A stretch of 64,000 bases of DNA from Mytilus trossulus (lineage: Eukaryota), in contig NC_086380.1 in the NCBI RefSeq assembly GCF_036588685.1, forward strand, positions 4,898,001 through 4,962,000, written 5' to 3'. The translations under genes and the position numbers were made by a program. This document shows, piece by piece, positions 1 through 12,329 of the stretch. The notes under the pieces were generated by a model, which was not told where the DNA came from, made no database searches, and worked only from the letters and a program-made list of their open reading frames with translations. The stretch's first letter is position 1; each line of letters begins with the position of its first letter.

Positions 1-44
1 CATTGATGCTGTAAATGCGGGTCTTTCATGTATTCGTCCAGGTT
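1..44 (-). CDS. C1qDC exon 2, 5' part only (runs off window edge)
   Basis: AG acceptor at 46-45, then (E)PGRIHERPAFTASM, clearly paralogous to the exon-2 starts of the neighbouring C1q genes. No matching exon 1 seen between 45 and 3136. Confidence 0.75.
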
Positions 45-580
45 CTATAATAGAATGGAAATAATAATCAAGGTATAGACATGTTACAAATAAAGGATAG
101 TTCTAAAATGATGAACAAATCATATTTTTACTGTCAAAACTGAATGCAACGACTCCTTCTAGAATGCTATACTTAATTATTACTTATGAACGCTGTTTTC
201 ATCTGATGAGTTAAGCTCTTTTCAACTGATTGCTATAGTTTGTTCTTATGTTGTACTGTTACATCACTTGGCCCAGCAATCATGTTTATTCCTGTTCAAA
301 CCTGTATGGCTTTGATCAAATTGGGAGCCTACAATTCAGTGATTTTAACTGTTGCTGTAATCATATTTTTTTGGTTTGTTAATTCTATATCAGCCAATAC
401 TGGCGTGAATGGTTTACATTTGTCATTTTAGGCATTTTTTGTATCTTATTATGCCATGTGGGATTTGCTCATTGTCGAAGGCCCAACGATGACCTCTAGT
501 TGTTAGCTTCAATGTTATTCAGTCTCTGACGGAGGGTCGTCTCATCGGCAATCATACTACTTCTTCTTATTTTGATATGT

Positions 581-795
581 AAAAAAACTCATCATAGATA
601 CCAGGACTAAATTCAGTATATACGCCAGACGTGCGTTTCGCCTACAAAAGACTCATCAGTGACGCTCGAATCTAAAAAAGTTAAAAAGGCCAAATAAAGT
701 ACGAAGTTGAAGAGCATTGAGGAACAAAATTCTTAAATGTTTTGCCAAATATAGCTAAGGTAATCTATGCCTAAGGTAGAAAATCCTTAGCATTT
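581..795 (-). mobile_element. Short hammerhead-containing repeat (Penelope pLTR/retrozyme-like), family H1
   Basis: Reverse-complement homologue of 7625-7856; contains a type I hammerhead core. Confidence 0.7.
622..665 (-). ncRNA. Type I hammerhead ribozyme (minimal)
   Basis: Minus strand reads GCGTCA-CTGATGA-GTCT TTTGT AGGC-GAAAC-GCAC-GTC-TGGCGT: conserved core, stem I, stem II, GUC triplet, very short stem III. Confidence 0.8.
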
Positions 796-1245
796 GTATA
801 ATGTATGTGTATATATCTGATATTAATTATGTCTTAGACATTTGTCGTGCAACGGGAAATCGATTTCATATTCTTAACTCTACTTCTCCTTAAGCCAATC
901 CTGTCAGTTCTCATGATATAAATCGCTTAGTATAAACTACTAGGATTTAGTTGATAAAATTAGTCAGAATGCTTATTTGATTGAACTAAAACTAAGGTTT
1001 TTATTACATTGAATGAGTTAAGCGTATATTTTTTAATCAGTTATGCTATTAACTTTCCCTGAAAAATGATACTGTATTTGTTTTCTGGAGCTAACCTAGT
1101 GAAAGTTAACATTGCACCCATCTCAGAAAATACTCATAACTTAGGTACCAGCTATTATGTTTTGATTATACTGGACAGAGACGTTTAATAAATGTTGTAT
1201 TTCGTTTGTCATTGTTTCCTAATGAAACAATTGTTTTTTAATGAA

Positions 1246-1609
1246 TAATTACATTAGATGTATGTTTCATTATAATACGTTATTCTGATTGGCTAATTGC
1301 ACATCACATGTTATTCCGTAAGCAATTGCATGAGACAATAACATTTCATTCATGATGACACGAGGTCCCACAATAAAGTGCACAGGTGAATTTAAACATT
1401 AAACTTCATGAAAATCGTGTTTTTATAATCCTAGCTAAAAAATGTAATTATAAGTATTGAATGCTTCTTTTTGTAACTTTATAGGGTTGTAAAAGCGTTG
1501 ACCGTGCGTACATTTTTAGAATGAAGCGCTTCCGCGCTTCATACAAAATGTACTTCGGTCAACGCTTTTATACCCCAAAAAATTTACAAAAAGAAGCATT
1601 CAATTCTTA
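1246..1609. mobile_element. Non-autonomous element: IR-bounded segment plus ~160-bp terminal hairpin
   Basis: TAATTACATT (1246-1255) / AATGTAATTA (1441-1450) inverted pair, followed by an imperfect palindrome at 1451-1609. Confidence 0.6.
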
Positions 1610-3136
1610 ATTAAAAGCTAGAGTTTTAAGTGTTTAATTATGAGCTGTAAAACAAAATTTTAAATTGGTTTCTTGATTACATTTTAATAAGGTCAAGAAA
1701 ACGTTTGTTTGTCCCCGGTATATTTTTTGCAATAAATAAACATTTAAAAAAAAAGATTTCAAAAGTGTATTATGAGTTTAATGAAATACAGAATAGTTGC
1801 ATAATTTTCCAATACAAATAGCAAGATATGTCTTAGTCAATTTTTGATAGACTTTATCGTAAATAACAGGAAGTCGAGTTTTTCTTCTAAACATGAGATA
1901 AATCATCATTACACTCAATTAGGAAGTCTATAGTAAAGTAAAGGTAAAAGAAGTATACCGCTGTTCAAAACTCGTAAATCTATTGACAAAAAGCAAAATT
2001 GGGGTAACAAACTAAAACTGAGGGAGTAGATTCGTTTCACTGGATAAATATTGGTGCGTCGGGAGAATAAAGCAAATTTTGCTGCTGATAAACACTGACC
2101 AGCAATATTTTCTTGTAAAATGATTTAGATAAATAAAGAGAAATTTTAATATTAGTTACGTCTACAAACATTTAGGACAAATTTTCCTACCTCTAGTCTT
2201 AAGTATTCGTAATAAAATTAACATTTACGAGATCAAACAACGAAAGAAACGTGTAAATTATTCATGATAAGTAGGATTTATAATTTTGTCAAAAACGAGT
2301 TATTTCAGAGATATGGTGAGTACATTTTGACTTAAAATATGCACCTGTTTATACAATGTGTTTATTATAGATATAGTTTATATACACAATTGAAAAGTTG
2401 TCAATACTTTTACATGACAAAGCAAAAATATGAAGATATCTACAAATATCTCACGCATAGGAGAGTAGGCTTTATTAGCCGTATTCTTGTGGTTTTTTTT
2501 TAAAGATTTGAAAAAAAATATATATTTCATGTTTTATCTATCATATTCATAATCATCAATTTTGTTATCCCTTTTTTTATATTTTAGAGTAAAAGATATT
2601 TGCATTAGTAAAACCCAAAATGATACTCGGTTTTGATCTTTATAAAAATGATCCCGCCAAAATTCTCCCACTATTTTACATTCTATAATAAATTGAAATA
2701 GTGATTTTTTTCCATAAATAAAGTTACACTTCCTGTTCGCGCAATTCATCTTGTGTAATCTGCCTACCGCGTAAATTATATCATGATGTAATTTTCATTG
2801 AAATCGTTGCTCTCCTGTCTGCAGAATGTTTATTTAGAACATCCCAAGTATCTCCCCATGGTAGTTCCTTCCCAAAATGTAAATTGCAACCCAAGTGGTA
2901 GTAATATGGTTTAACATAGTATATTTGAGAGAAAAAATTGTGAGAGTGAAGGGTGAAAATTATAGAATCATGAACAATTTTAGAAGATTTTTATTGTTTA
3001 AAGACAAATTGCCAAAAACGATGTTATGTCACTTAGTTATTTCAACAGAAAAAAATTATAATCATGAGCCTAAATCAAATTTCGCCTAATTCCAATTCTT
3101 GCCAAAGTTGGCCAAACTCTAAAGTCCTCATCAGTT

Positions 3137-5344
3137 TCACTGTTCATTGATTAGAAATGCCGAAAACATGCTATAGTGCCTTCCTAACATATTTTCTCCG
3201 GACTTGTTGTCGTGTTTTATGTAGATTGTTTCCCCTTCCTCCAGAAGCATTGCACTATTTAGTGTTCCCGAGGAATAATCATGTCCAAATAGTGCGATTG
3301 TGTCTTGGTTGTCCTTGTAGAGACGACAGTGTAAGTTCCTTCCGTCAGCGGACATTAAAGTACCTGATACGAAGTACAATCCGTTTCTTGGAACTGTGAA
3401 CACCCCTGTAGTAGCATCATACCCATTGCCAACATACAGCCATACATGGTCAAATATTATAATTTCATTTGGTTCGGGCCAATCATCTGCACTGAATGAT
3501 GCTGTAAATGCGGGTCTTTCGTGTATTTGTACTGTTTCTACAATAAAATAAAGATAATATTCATATTATAGACGAAACAAAAGAATGCAATTAAAGTGGT
3601 ATAATTACTGACCATTGATTTTCTGCCGAACGAAAAGGAAAAACTTTAGATTCAAAAAGAAAAAAAAGATGTGGTATGCTTTCCAATGAGATAACTCACC
3701 ACAAGAGACCAACATGACACAAATATTAACAACTATAGGTCACCGTACGGAAAAGGCCATACCGCATAGTCAGCTTTAACAGGCCCCGAAATAAAAATGT
3801 TAAACAATTCAAACAGGAAAACTTACAGCCTTATTTATGTAAAAAAAAATTAACGAAAAACAAAGATGTAACACTTAAACAAACGACACCCACTGAATTA
3901 CAGGCTCCTGATTTGGGACAGGCACATATAAACATAATTTGGGGGTGAAACATATAAGCGGGATCAAAACCCTCCCCTAACCTGGGAAAGTGATATGAAA
4001 GTACAACATAAGAACGAACTATAAAAATCAGTTCAAAAAGGCGTAACTCATCAGATGGACAAATATACGAGTGGACGTGGCCGGGTACTTGTACATTCCA
4101 ACAAGGACTTATATATACGTCCCTGATTCCAACAACAAAAAGACACTATGTAAAGATCTTAGAGTACTCATAGTTAATTGACAGCTAGTTCAAAGCAACT
4201 AAAAACTAATAAAAAAAAATCATTCATCTAAGACTAAATTATCAATCCATACACATCCAACTTCCAATAGATTTAGTGTAAAGACGTCATAAACAGTCAT
4301 CAACATGGCCTTGTGCAATGCATAGATACAGGTATCGACTGATTGTAGATTCACAGACAAATGTGTACATGAATATAACATACTAGTAATATTTAGTTTG
4401 TTTTTAATTTACTGATAACAAAATCAATATTTATACCAATAAAAAAATATTCAATGATCTTTTTAGTGTTGAATTGGTAACCTTATAGATTAACCTTATT
4501 TAAAGGAGCGATAAGTTCACCAGGATCATTTATAAATTTCCAGACACAGTTCACAACATTCCCGTTAAAATAAGGATGTGCTATCCTGTTTGAAATAAGT
4601 TTCCTTACAACCAAACTTCATATCAAATCTTTATAAATAAAAATGAAAAAAGTCAGTAAAGGTTTTAAGTATGGTACGAAATCAATATTTTAACAAATAT
4701 CAATCAAAATATAACAGGTACATTTTAAGATTTAGTTACCAAAATATAAAGTGCTCTTAAGTAAAATCGCACAAATACTGAGTTCCAGGCATCAACCTGA
4801 AACGTGTATAGGTTGTTATTCTTAAAAACAGTTTGAAATTAAAATCAAAGATTCTAAGATATTGTTTATACTAGTGTTGAAGACCGTATTATGACCGATT
4901 ATGGTTTACTTTTACAAAAAAAGGAAAATCACACAAATAATGAACTCTGATGAAAACTCAAAACGAAAAGTCCCTATCCAAATGGCAAAAGCAAAAACTG
5001 AAACACATCAAACGAATGGACAAACCCAGTCTAGCGTTGACAACATTGGTTTTTACTGATCACGTTTAAACATTTTATTTACCATATCCAATATCTTCGA
5101 TGACAGCAGTTTTTATAATTGTAATTCTCTGGTCAGAAGCCTCATTAACTGTCTTTATGATAAAGTCCTTTAACACTTGGTTTAGTTTAGTAGTGTCAAA
5201 AAGATCTACTAAAGGCACCTGCTGCGTGTCCAAAAGAGAAACCTCTACTGTAGATTTTTTGTCGGGTTCCTGTGGCAAATTCATTGGTTGAACGCAACCA
5301 ATTAGCATGATAATAAAAAATGAAAACAACTTCGCTTGGTCCAT
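3137..5344 (-). CDS. Secreted C1q-domain-containing protein 1 (220 aa)
   Basis: Exon 1 5344-5083 (signal peptide plus PLVDLFDT motif). Phase-1 GT-AG intron. Exon 2 3537-3137 with gC1q motifs PAFTAS, IIFDHV, GNGYD..TGVFTVPRNGLYFVS, FSAFLI. Frame closes exactly. Confidence 0.93.
3654..4705 (-). mobile_element. Decayed 3' end of a Penelope-like retroelement (repeat family A) in the intron of C1q gene 1
   Basis: 4705-4395 translates, with stops and frameshifts, to ...RKLISNRIAHPYFNGNVVN...ELIAPLNKV..GYQFN...INIDFVISKLKTN*, resembling PLE RT C-termini. The following ~640 bp matches 58080-58710 in reverse complement and many partial copies in the window. Confidence 0.6.
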
Positions 5345-5446
5345 TTTGCCTAATTTCCAATGTTCACTCAGTAAAAGCTGCGTTTAACGTGTTCCGTTTG
5401 TCACAAATGGTATTTCAGTTTGAAAACCAGAAGGGCGAAGGTCTAC

Positions 5447-5454
5447 TTTATATA
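5447..5454 (-). promoter_or_regulatory. Candidate TATA box of C1q gene 1
   Basis: TATATAAA on the minus strand ~105 nt upstream of the ATG at 5344. Confidence 0.45.
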
Positions 5455-6207
5455 CTAGCGTGCATTTGGTACATCTTGGCACGTCATGGTACCATACTTC
5501 AACATTTTGATATTCGGTATCGGAATCATCCGAGGTGTACCAAATGCCGTATTATGCGCAATGAAGTTCATTTCGTATTTGTTTTGATAAAACATTTGTT
5601 CTTATTTTAATTTCAAAATAGATGCGGTGGTACGTGACACTTTTATGCAGTTTTGGTAATAAAGTTATCTTTAAATTTTACCATAAATTTTACAATAATA
5701 AAGAGTACACTAAATTATTTTAGAAGGAAAGGTTTTTTTTCTCTGTATATGGAGATCTTTAAAACAGTCTTGTTTGTTTGTGCACTTTGTAGTCTTGGAT
5801 GTGCAATTTCGGCAATAGTTTAATTATACATCAAAAGTTAAATCACAAATACACTGAACTTCGAGAAAAAATCCAAATGGAAAGTCCCTAATCAAATGAA
5901 AAAGTCAAAAGCTCAAATTCATTAAACTATTGGATAACAACTGTCATATTCCTGACTTTGTACAGTTATTTTCTTATCAATTCAAATCAGTTATTGAAAC
6001 AGCAACACGATATCACAAGCGTACACAAAGGTAACAAATAAATTGAACCTATTCAAATCGTTGTTCGATGATATATACTTCTATATACAATGAAGACAAA
6101 ATATGTAAGAACAGACAAGGCAGTACATAAAACATTAAACTATATCAAACCAACGTAAAACATCCACCGACGAGACATGGGCTCACGAATAACGATTTAT
6201 TTTGTCT

Positions 6208-6630
6208 TTTTATGCCCAACCTTTGATAGTAGAGGGGCATTATGTTTGTCTGGTCTGTGAGTCCGTTCGTTCGTCCGTCCGTTCGTCCCGCTTCACGTTA
6301 ATATTTTTGGTCAAGGTAGTTTTTGATGAAGCTGAAGTCCAATCAATTTGAAACTTAGTACACTTGTTGCTTATGATAGATCTTTCTAATTTTACTTTAG
6401 ACTTTTGACCCAAATTTTACGATCCACTGAACATTGAAAATGAAAATGAGAGTTTCAGGTTAAAGTTTTTGGTCAAGGTAGTTTTTGATGAAGTTGAAGT
6501 CTAATCAACTTAAAACTTAGTACACATGTCCCCTATGGTATGATCTTTTTTTTATTTAAATGCCAAATTAGATTTTTTACCAAATTTTACGGTCCATAGA
6601 ACATGCAAAATGATAGTGCGAGTGGACTTC
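6208..6630. mobile_element. Helentron-associated (HINE/pearl-type) non-autonomous element
   Basis: Subterminal IR ATGCCC/GGGCAT, a (GTCC/GTTC)n microsatellite, then two ~165-bp core repeats. Confidence 0.65.
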
Positions 6631-7122
6631 GCTTAAAGACAAAAGCTACTACAGATTTCTGTCGTCCACTATAATCATAGTTCATTTTTATATCTATATT
6701 GTGTATGGTTGATTATCTAGAGAATCACTGGAGCGGTCAGTCAGTGTACCTCTTCCCTTTAAGGAAGATTTCTTGATCTGCAACTGCAGTGCATTTGGCG
6801 GAATCTACATCGGCAGCTTATGCTGCCATTGTTGATCTGTGTTCCTTATAACAGGGATAATAAAATAAATGCACGAACTACACGTATTATTTGACCGTAT
6901 TGAAAGTTCCACTTACTTAACTAAAGCGGGTGATATATAGTAATTGGGAGTCGTTTTACTCTATACGATTACATTTTTTGTATCCGTAACTGCTCCTTAA
7001 CCGAGTTTAATAGTGTGTGATTTTTTTAAACAATAACGGCAACAGTCATACTAGCTTTTTTCTTTTCTTTTCCCAATCCTGTGGTCAGTGCATGTTTTCT
7101 CTACTTCTTATTTACGGTGCTT

Positions 7123-7580
7123 TTTGTGTCCCATTTATGGGCATTATGTATTCTGGTCTGTGCGTCTGTCCGTCTGTTCGTCCGTCCGTTCGTCTCGCTT
7201 CAGGTTAAATGTTTTGGTCGAGGTAGTTTTTGATGAAGTTGAAGTCCAATCAACTTGAAAACTAGTAAACATGTTCCCTATGTATAATGATATGATTTTT
7301 TTTTCTATTTTTAATGTCAAATTAGAGATTTATTCCCATTTTCACGGTCCCATGAACATAGAAAATGATAACGGAAGTTCAGGTTGAAATTTTTGGTCAA
7401 GGTAGTTTTTGATGAAGTTGAAATCCAATCAACTTGAAACTTAGTAAACCTGTTACTTATGATATGATATTTCTAATTTTAATGTCAAATAAGAGATTTT
7501 CCACCATTTTCACGGTCCACTGAACATAGAAAATTATAGTGCGGGTGGGGCATTTGTGTACTTGGGACTTATTCTTGTTG
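7123..7580. mobile_element. HINE/pearl-type element, second copy
   Basis: Same layout and sequence family as 6208-6630, with 3' end GGGGCATTTGTGTACTTGGGACTTATTCTTGTT. Partial copy at ~36915-37040. Confidence 0.65.
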
Positions 7581-7772
7581 TGTAGTACATTTTGTTGAAA
7601 ATTTTAACTTATTTTAACTGTTTACAACATTTTTGAAATACTAAGTCTACTTGGTATTCTACCTTTAAGAATACATAACCTTAGCTGTATATGGCAAAAC
7701 TTAAAGGAATTTTGGTACGCAATGCTCTTTAACTTCGTACTATATTTGGCCTTTTTACCCTTTTTTATTCGA

Positions 7773-7816
7773 GCGTCACTGATGAGTCTTTTGTAGACGA
7801 AACGAGCGTCTGGCAT
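7773..7816 (+). ncRNA. Type I hammerhead ribozyme (minimal), family H1
   Basis: GCGTCA-CTGATGA(7779-7785)-GTCT TTTGT AGAC-GAAAC(7799-7803)-GAGC-GTC(7808-7810)-TGGCAT, inside repeat 7625-7856. Confidence 0.8.
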
Positions 7817-8311
7817 AAATACAAAATTAATTCCTGGTATCTATGATAAGTTTATTCTAAAGAAATAGAAAAACATAATCATCTTTAAAAACAATCGTTT
7901 GACCTGCATTTAATCTAATATTGGGATCTCAGACATCGGTGTACTTTAAAAGACAACCTGATTATTAATTTTGTTTGATGAATATGTGTACTTTATTTCC
8001 GAATAAATAAAAAAAAACATCGTTTAAAAAATCGTTCCACTTGCATTAAGTCTAAAATTGGGTGCACAGAGATCAGTGTATTTAAAAAGATAACATGTTT
8101 GATAATTTTATTTGGTAAAGTATCTCTACTTTATTCTAAAGAAATAAAAAAAATCATTATTTAAAAAAATCGTTGCACTTGTATATAATCTAAAATTGAG
8201 TTCACAAACATCCGTGTACTTTAAGATACAATCACTTGAATACTATGAATGACAAAACTATTTTATTCAATAATACTACTTTTTCTGTTTAGTCTGTTTT
8301 TCATGATATAC

Positions 8312-8815
8312 ATTTGACGTGAAACTGTACTTATGTATCCCGTCATACTTTGAACCACACCTTTATTTTATTTATTATTACTACTTTTAAGGTTAAGTCT
8401 GGTTTTTGGTATATCTACTTTACGTGAGTCTGTATTTATGTATGCCGACATACGACAAAATTATTTTTATGTCTACCTGTGCGAATTTCATACGCGCTAT
8501 TTTACACCAGTAATGAAAACCTTCTATCATTTATGGGTAGACTTTACATAGATAAATTCAGCGTATTTGACGTGAAACTGTACTTATGTATCCCGTCATA
8601 CTTTAAAGCACACCATTATTTTATTTATTATCATTACTTTTACTGTTAAGTCTGTTTTTGTTATATAAACTTTACGTAAGTCTTCATTTATGTATGCCGT
8701 CATACGACAAAATTATTTTTATGTCTACCTGTGCGAATTTCATACGCGCATTTTTAAACCAGTAATGAAACCTTCTATCATTATGGGTAGACTTTACATA
8801 GATAAATTCAGCCGT
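8312..8815. repeat. Tandem duplication, ~253-bp unit x2
   Basis: ATTTGACGTGAAACTGTACTTATGTATCCCG recurs at ~8312 and ~8565 with near-identical continuation. Confidence 0.8.
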
Positions 8816-9713
8816 ATAAGAAAAGCAAAATGAGAATGTTAAATTAATGTATGCCTTTTTGTGCTTCTTTGTTACATTTGTTGTTTATGTAGAGATATTA
8901 AGATGATAACACAATATTGACTGTTGTACCCCTATTTTTGACATTTTTACTCTTTGAGTATGTTTGTTTTGTTCATGCATCGTTGACAATTTAATGGAAT
9001 TTGATGCGACTGTCATATAAGTGAGAGGTTTAGCTAGCTATAAAACCAGGTTCAATCCACCATTTTCTACATTAGAAAATGCCTGTACCAAGTCAGGAAT
9101 ATGACAGTTGTTACCCATTCGTTTGATGTGTTTGGACTTTTGATTTTGCCTTTTGATTTTTGATTTTCCTTTTTGAATTTTCCTCGGAGTTCGGTATTTT
9201 TGTGTTTTTACTTTTTGCTATCAGAATATCTGAAAAAAATTTATCAAATAAGACCTTGTAATGTTTCATTCAATTTAAAATGTTATGGATGTATATTTTA
9301 AATTTTTGTTCCTTTGAAAATTGTTACACGATGATGACTGATGTACCCATGTTTTGACTATTTTATTCATTATGTTGTTTAGTGCACGCATCATTGTAAA
9401 TATAACGGAATTTGATGATACTGTCAACAAAGGGAGAGGTTTAGCTCTATATGTCCAGGTTTTGTCCACATTTTTCTACATTTGAAAATGTCTGTACCAA
9501 ATCAGGAATATGACAGAGCTTGTCCATTTCCGGTTTGTTTGTTGTATTTTGTTTATATAAACTTAAGTCAATTTTCAGTAATGTACATGGTACACCACTC
9601 GAGACGATCTTTAGAGCATTAGAGTTGGATAGAGGTTTCCATATCGACTACGGTAACCTGGTTGCTAGTTTTTTATAGATTCGTTTATGGCAGAGATTTT
9701 TTTTTAAATTCGT

Positions 9714-10270
9714 ATTAAAAGCTTGAATATTGTTTATATCGATTTGGTGTCACGATATCACAGTAGCATGGGTTCGAATCCCGATGAGGGAAGAACCAAA
9801 AATTTGCGAAAGCAAATTTACAGACGTCTGAGTCAGTGACAACTCTTCAACAGATGTATCCATCGGATCGCCATCAATAATGGTGATACATGGCTGTGTA
9901 CATAATGTATATACAACTAGTCTAAACATCAACCCAACAATGTAACTACAGTACATGATATATAACATCTTCATGCCTTATATATCATGTACTGTAGTAC
10001 GCCGCTAGATTCAAACTGACGTGGAAAGGTAACACATGGCCAGCGAAAGCTCTATTATAGTAGAGCCCATGTGGTCGTGTGGTCTAGCGGGACGGCTGCA
10101 GTGCAGGCGATTTGGTGTCACGATATCACAGTAGCATGGGTTCGAATCCCGGCGAGGGAAGAACCAAAAATTTGTGAAACCAAATGTACAGATCTAACAT
10201 TGTTGGGTTGATGTTTAGACTAGTTATATATATATACATATATATTTAAACAATATTCGAGCTTTTAATA
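9714..10270. mobile_element. Rearranged tRNA-derived SINE-like element
   Basis: Pol III A box (TGGTCGTGTGG) and B box (GGTTCGAATCCC) at ~10070-10150. Duplicated B-box segment at 9740-9822. Nested inverted repeats. Confidence 0.65.
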
Positions 10271-12329
10271 TATAGATTTTATTTTCATAAAATTAGTATG
10301 TGTATTAATGATAGATTATTGAAAATTCCGTTGTCTTTCTTGTCTTGTGGTGGATCGGTAGTCTTGTAAGCGATCGGCGATTGGAATATTGAGTTTGAAC
10401 TGGTCTGAGTTGTCTTTCAAACCGGTCCATGCTGTCTCAAAAAATGGTCCAAGTTGTCTAACTTTCATTTTTTTTACCGATATTTCTTTGAAATCCCGCT
10501 ATTCAACAGTTTGCTAAAGAAAAGCCCATTTTTTTTTTAATCGACGGTTTAGATTTATATTTTTAAAACGACATGTCATTGTAATCCTAACTGTTGGTGT
10601 ATTACAGGTTCCGCAAATGTCTAATAATTGTGCATGTTAAAATAAATATTATTCCATTTAGGATACTAATATTATCATTTACGCATATAATTATAACCAA
10701 TTGGGGAAAACGGTCCCAACTTAGTTAATGTCTAAATGAGCAAGATATGGTCAAAGTCAATTTAACAGTAGTGTTGTTTGAAATAGTATGTTTTGATTTG
10801 AAAAAGTATGTTGTGATTTGAAATAGTGAAATGTTTTTTTTTTCTTTTTTATTCTAGTTTTAAACAGTTGTAGGGATGCAATGTTACCTTAAGGGGGGGG
10901 GGAGTAAAATCACAAAAATACTAAACTCCGTGGAAAACTCAAAACGCAAAGTCCCTAATCAAATGGCAAATTCAAACGCTCAAACACATCAAACGGATAG
11001 ATAACAATTGTCATATTCCTGACTTGGTTGATGCATTTTCGTATGTAGAAAATGGTGGATTAAACCTAGTTTATAGCGCTAAACCCCTCACATGTACAGT
11101 CGCATCAAATTCCATTATATTGACAACGATGCATGACCAAAAAAACCCAGACTCAATTGCGCAATAAAAGAACTACAAAGAAGCATAAAAAGGCATATAT
11201 CAAATTTAACAACTTCATTTATTGCTTTCATATATTTGTATCTTATTTATGAATGTTAAATCCACCAATAAAGGATGGAAAGATTTGTAGTACTGGGACC
11301 AATATCAAGCAGTTTCGAATTTAAGCGCTTCCCTTTGTTTTTTGTTACGCTAAATTCAATTACATTCCGGTCAAACGATTTTTTTGTCATGTTCTTCTCG
11401 TCAAAAAGTATTTGAAAGAACATGTGTAAATCATTTATAATATGGTGAGTAAATAATGACTTGAATATCAATTTATCTTTATAACAAATTTACTCCCGAC
11501 ATAATTTATGTACACAATAGAAAAGGTATCGTACATAATGAAAATTATTTACAATATTGAAGTGGTTATTACAATAACCTGATCAAGAAAAGATAAACAG
11601 ATACCTATATAAGTTCTTACACATAGAGTTGGCTTGACTGTTCGTATTCTGATTTTTTTTTAAAGATTTGAAAACTAATTTCGTTCATGTTTTATCACAT
11701 TTATAATCATCATTTGTGTTATCTCTTTTTATAGTTTTAAATAAGATATGTTTGCATCAGTAAGACCTTAAATGATCCTGAGTTCTGATTTTTTTTTTAT
11801 AAACATCCAATTCTCAATTGTGACCAATTGACCTCATGTTACATGAAACCTTTCCCACTAAACTCCTTCTAATAGTTTACATCATATACACAATTAGAAA
11901 AGTGATTATTTTCCATTAAGAAAGTGGCACTTCCCGTTTGAGCGATTCATCTTGTGCAATCTGTCGGCCGTGTAAATTATATTATGTAACTACCATTGAC
12001 ATTGTTTTGCTTTCCTGTTTGCGAAATTTGTTTTTGAAATGTCCAAAATGCCCCCATGTTAGTTTCTTCCTAAAATGTAAATTCCACTACACTTTGTGGC
12101 AATATGGCTTTAGCAAATATATATATAAAGGCAAAGTGTACGTGTAAAGGGTGAATCTCTGGAATCACAAACACTTTGATCAGATTTCATTTGTTTAGAG
12201 ACTAATTGCCTTTCTACAATTAGAAATATTTGCGTAGAATAACATAATAATGAAAGCAAATCAAATTTCAACTAACTCGAATCCTTGCTGAAGTTGGTCA
12301 AACTAAAACTCGCATAGGTTTCACCAATT

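Noticed and set aside
203-240. CTGATGA as a canonical hammerhead
   Set aside because: There is no GAAA after the stem and no NUH/stem I partner; kept only as a possible variant under the family A finding.
10065-10160. Functional tRNA gene
   Set aside because: A and B boxes are present, but the acceptor and anticodon stems pair poorly and the sequence is embedded in a repeated SINE body.
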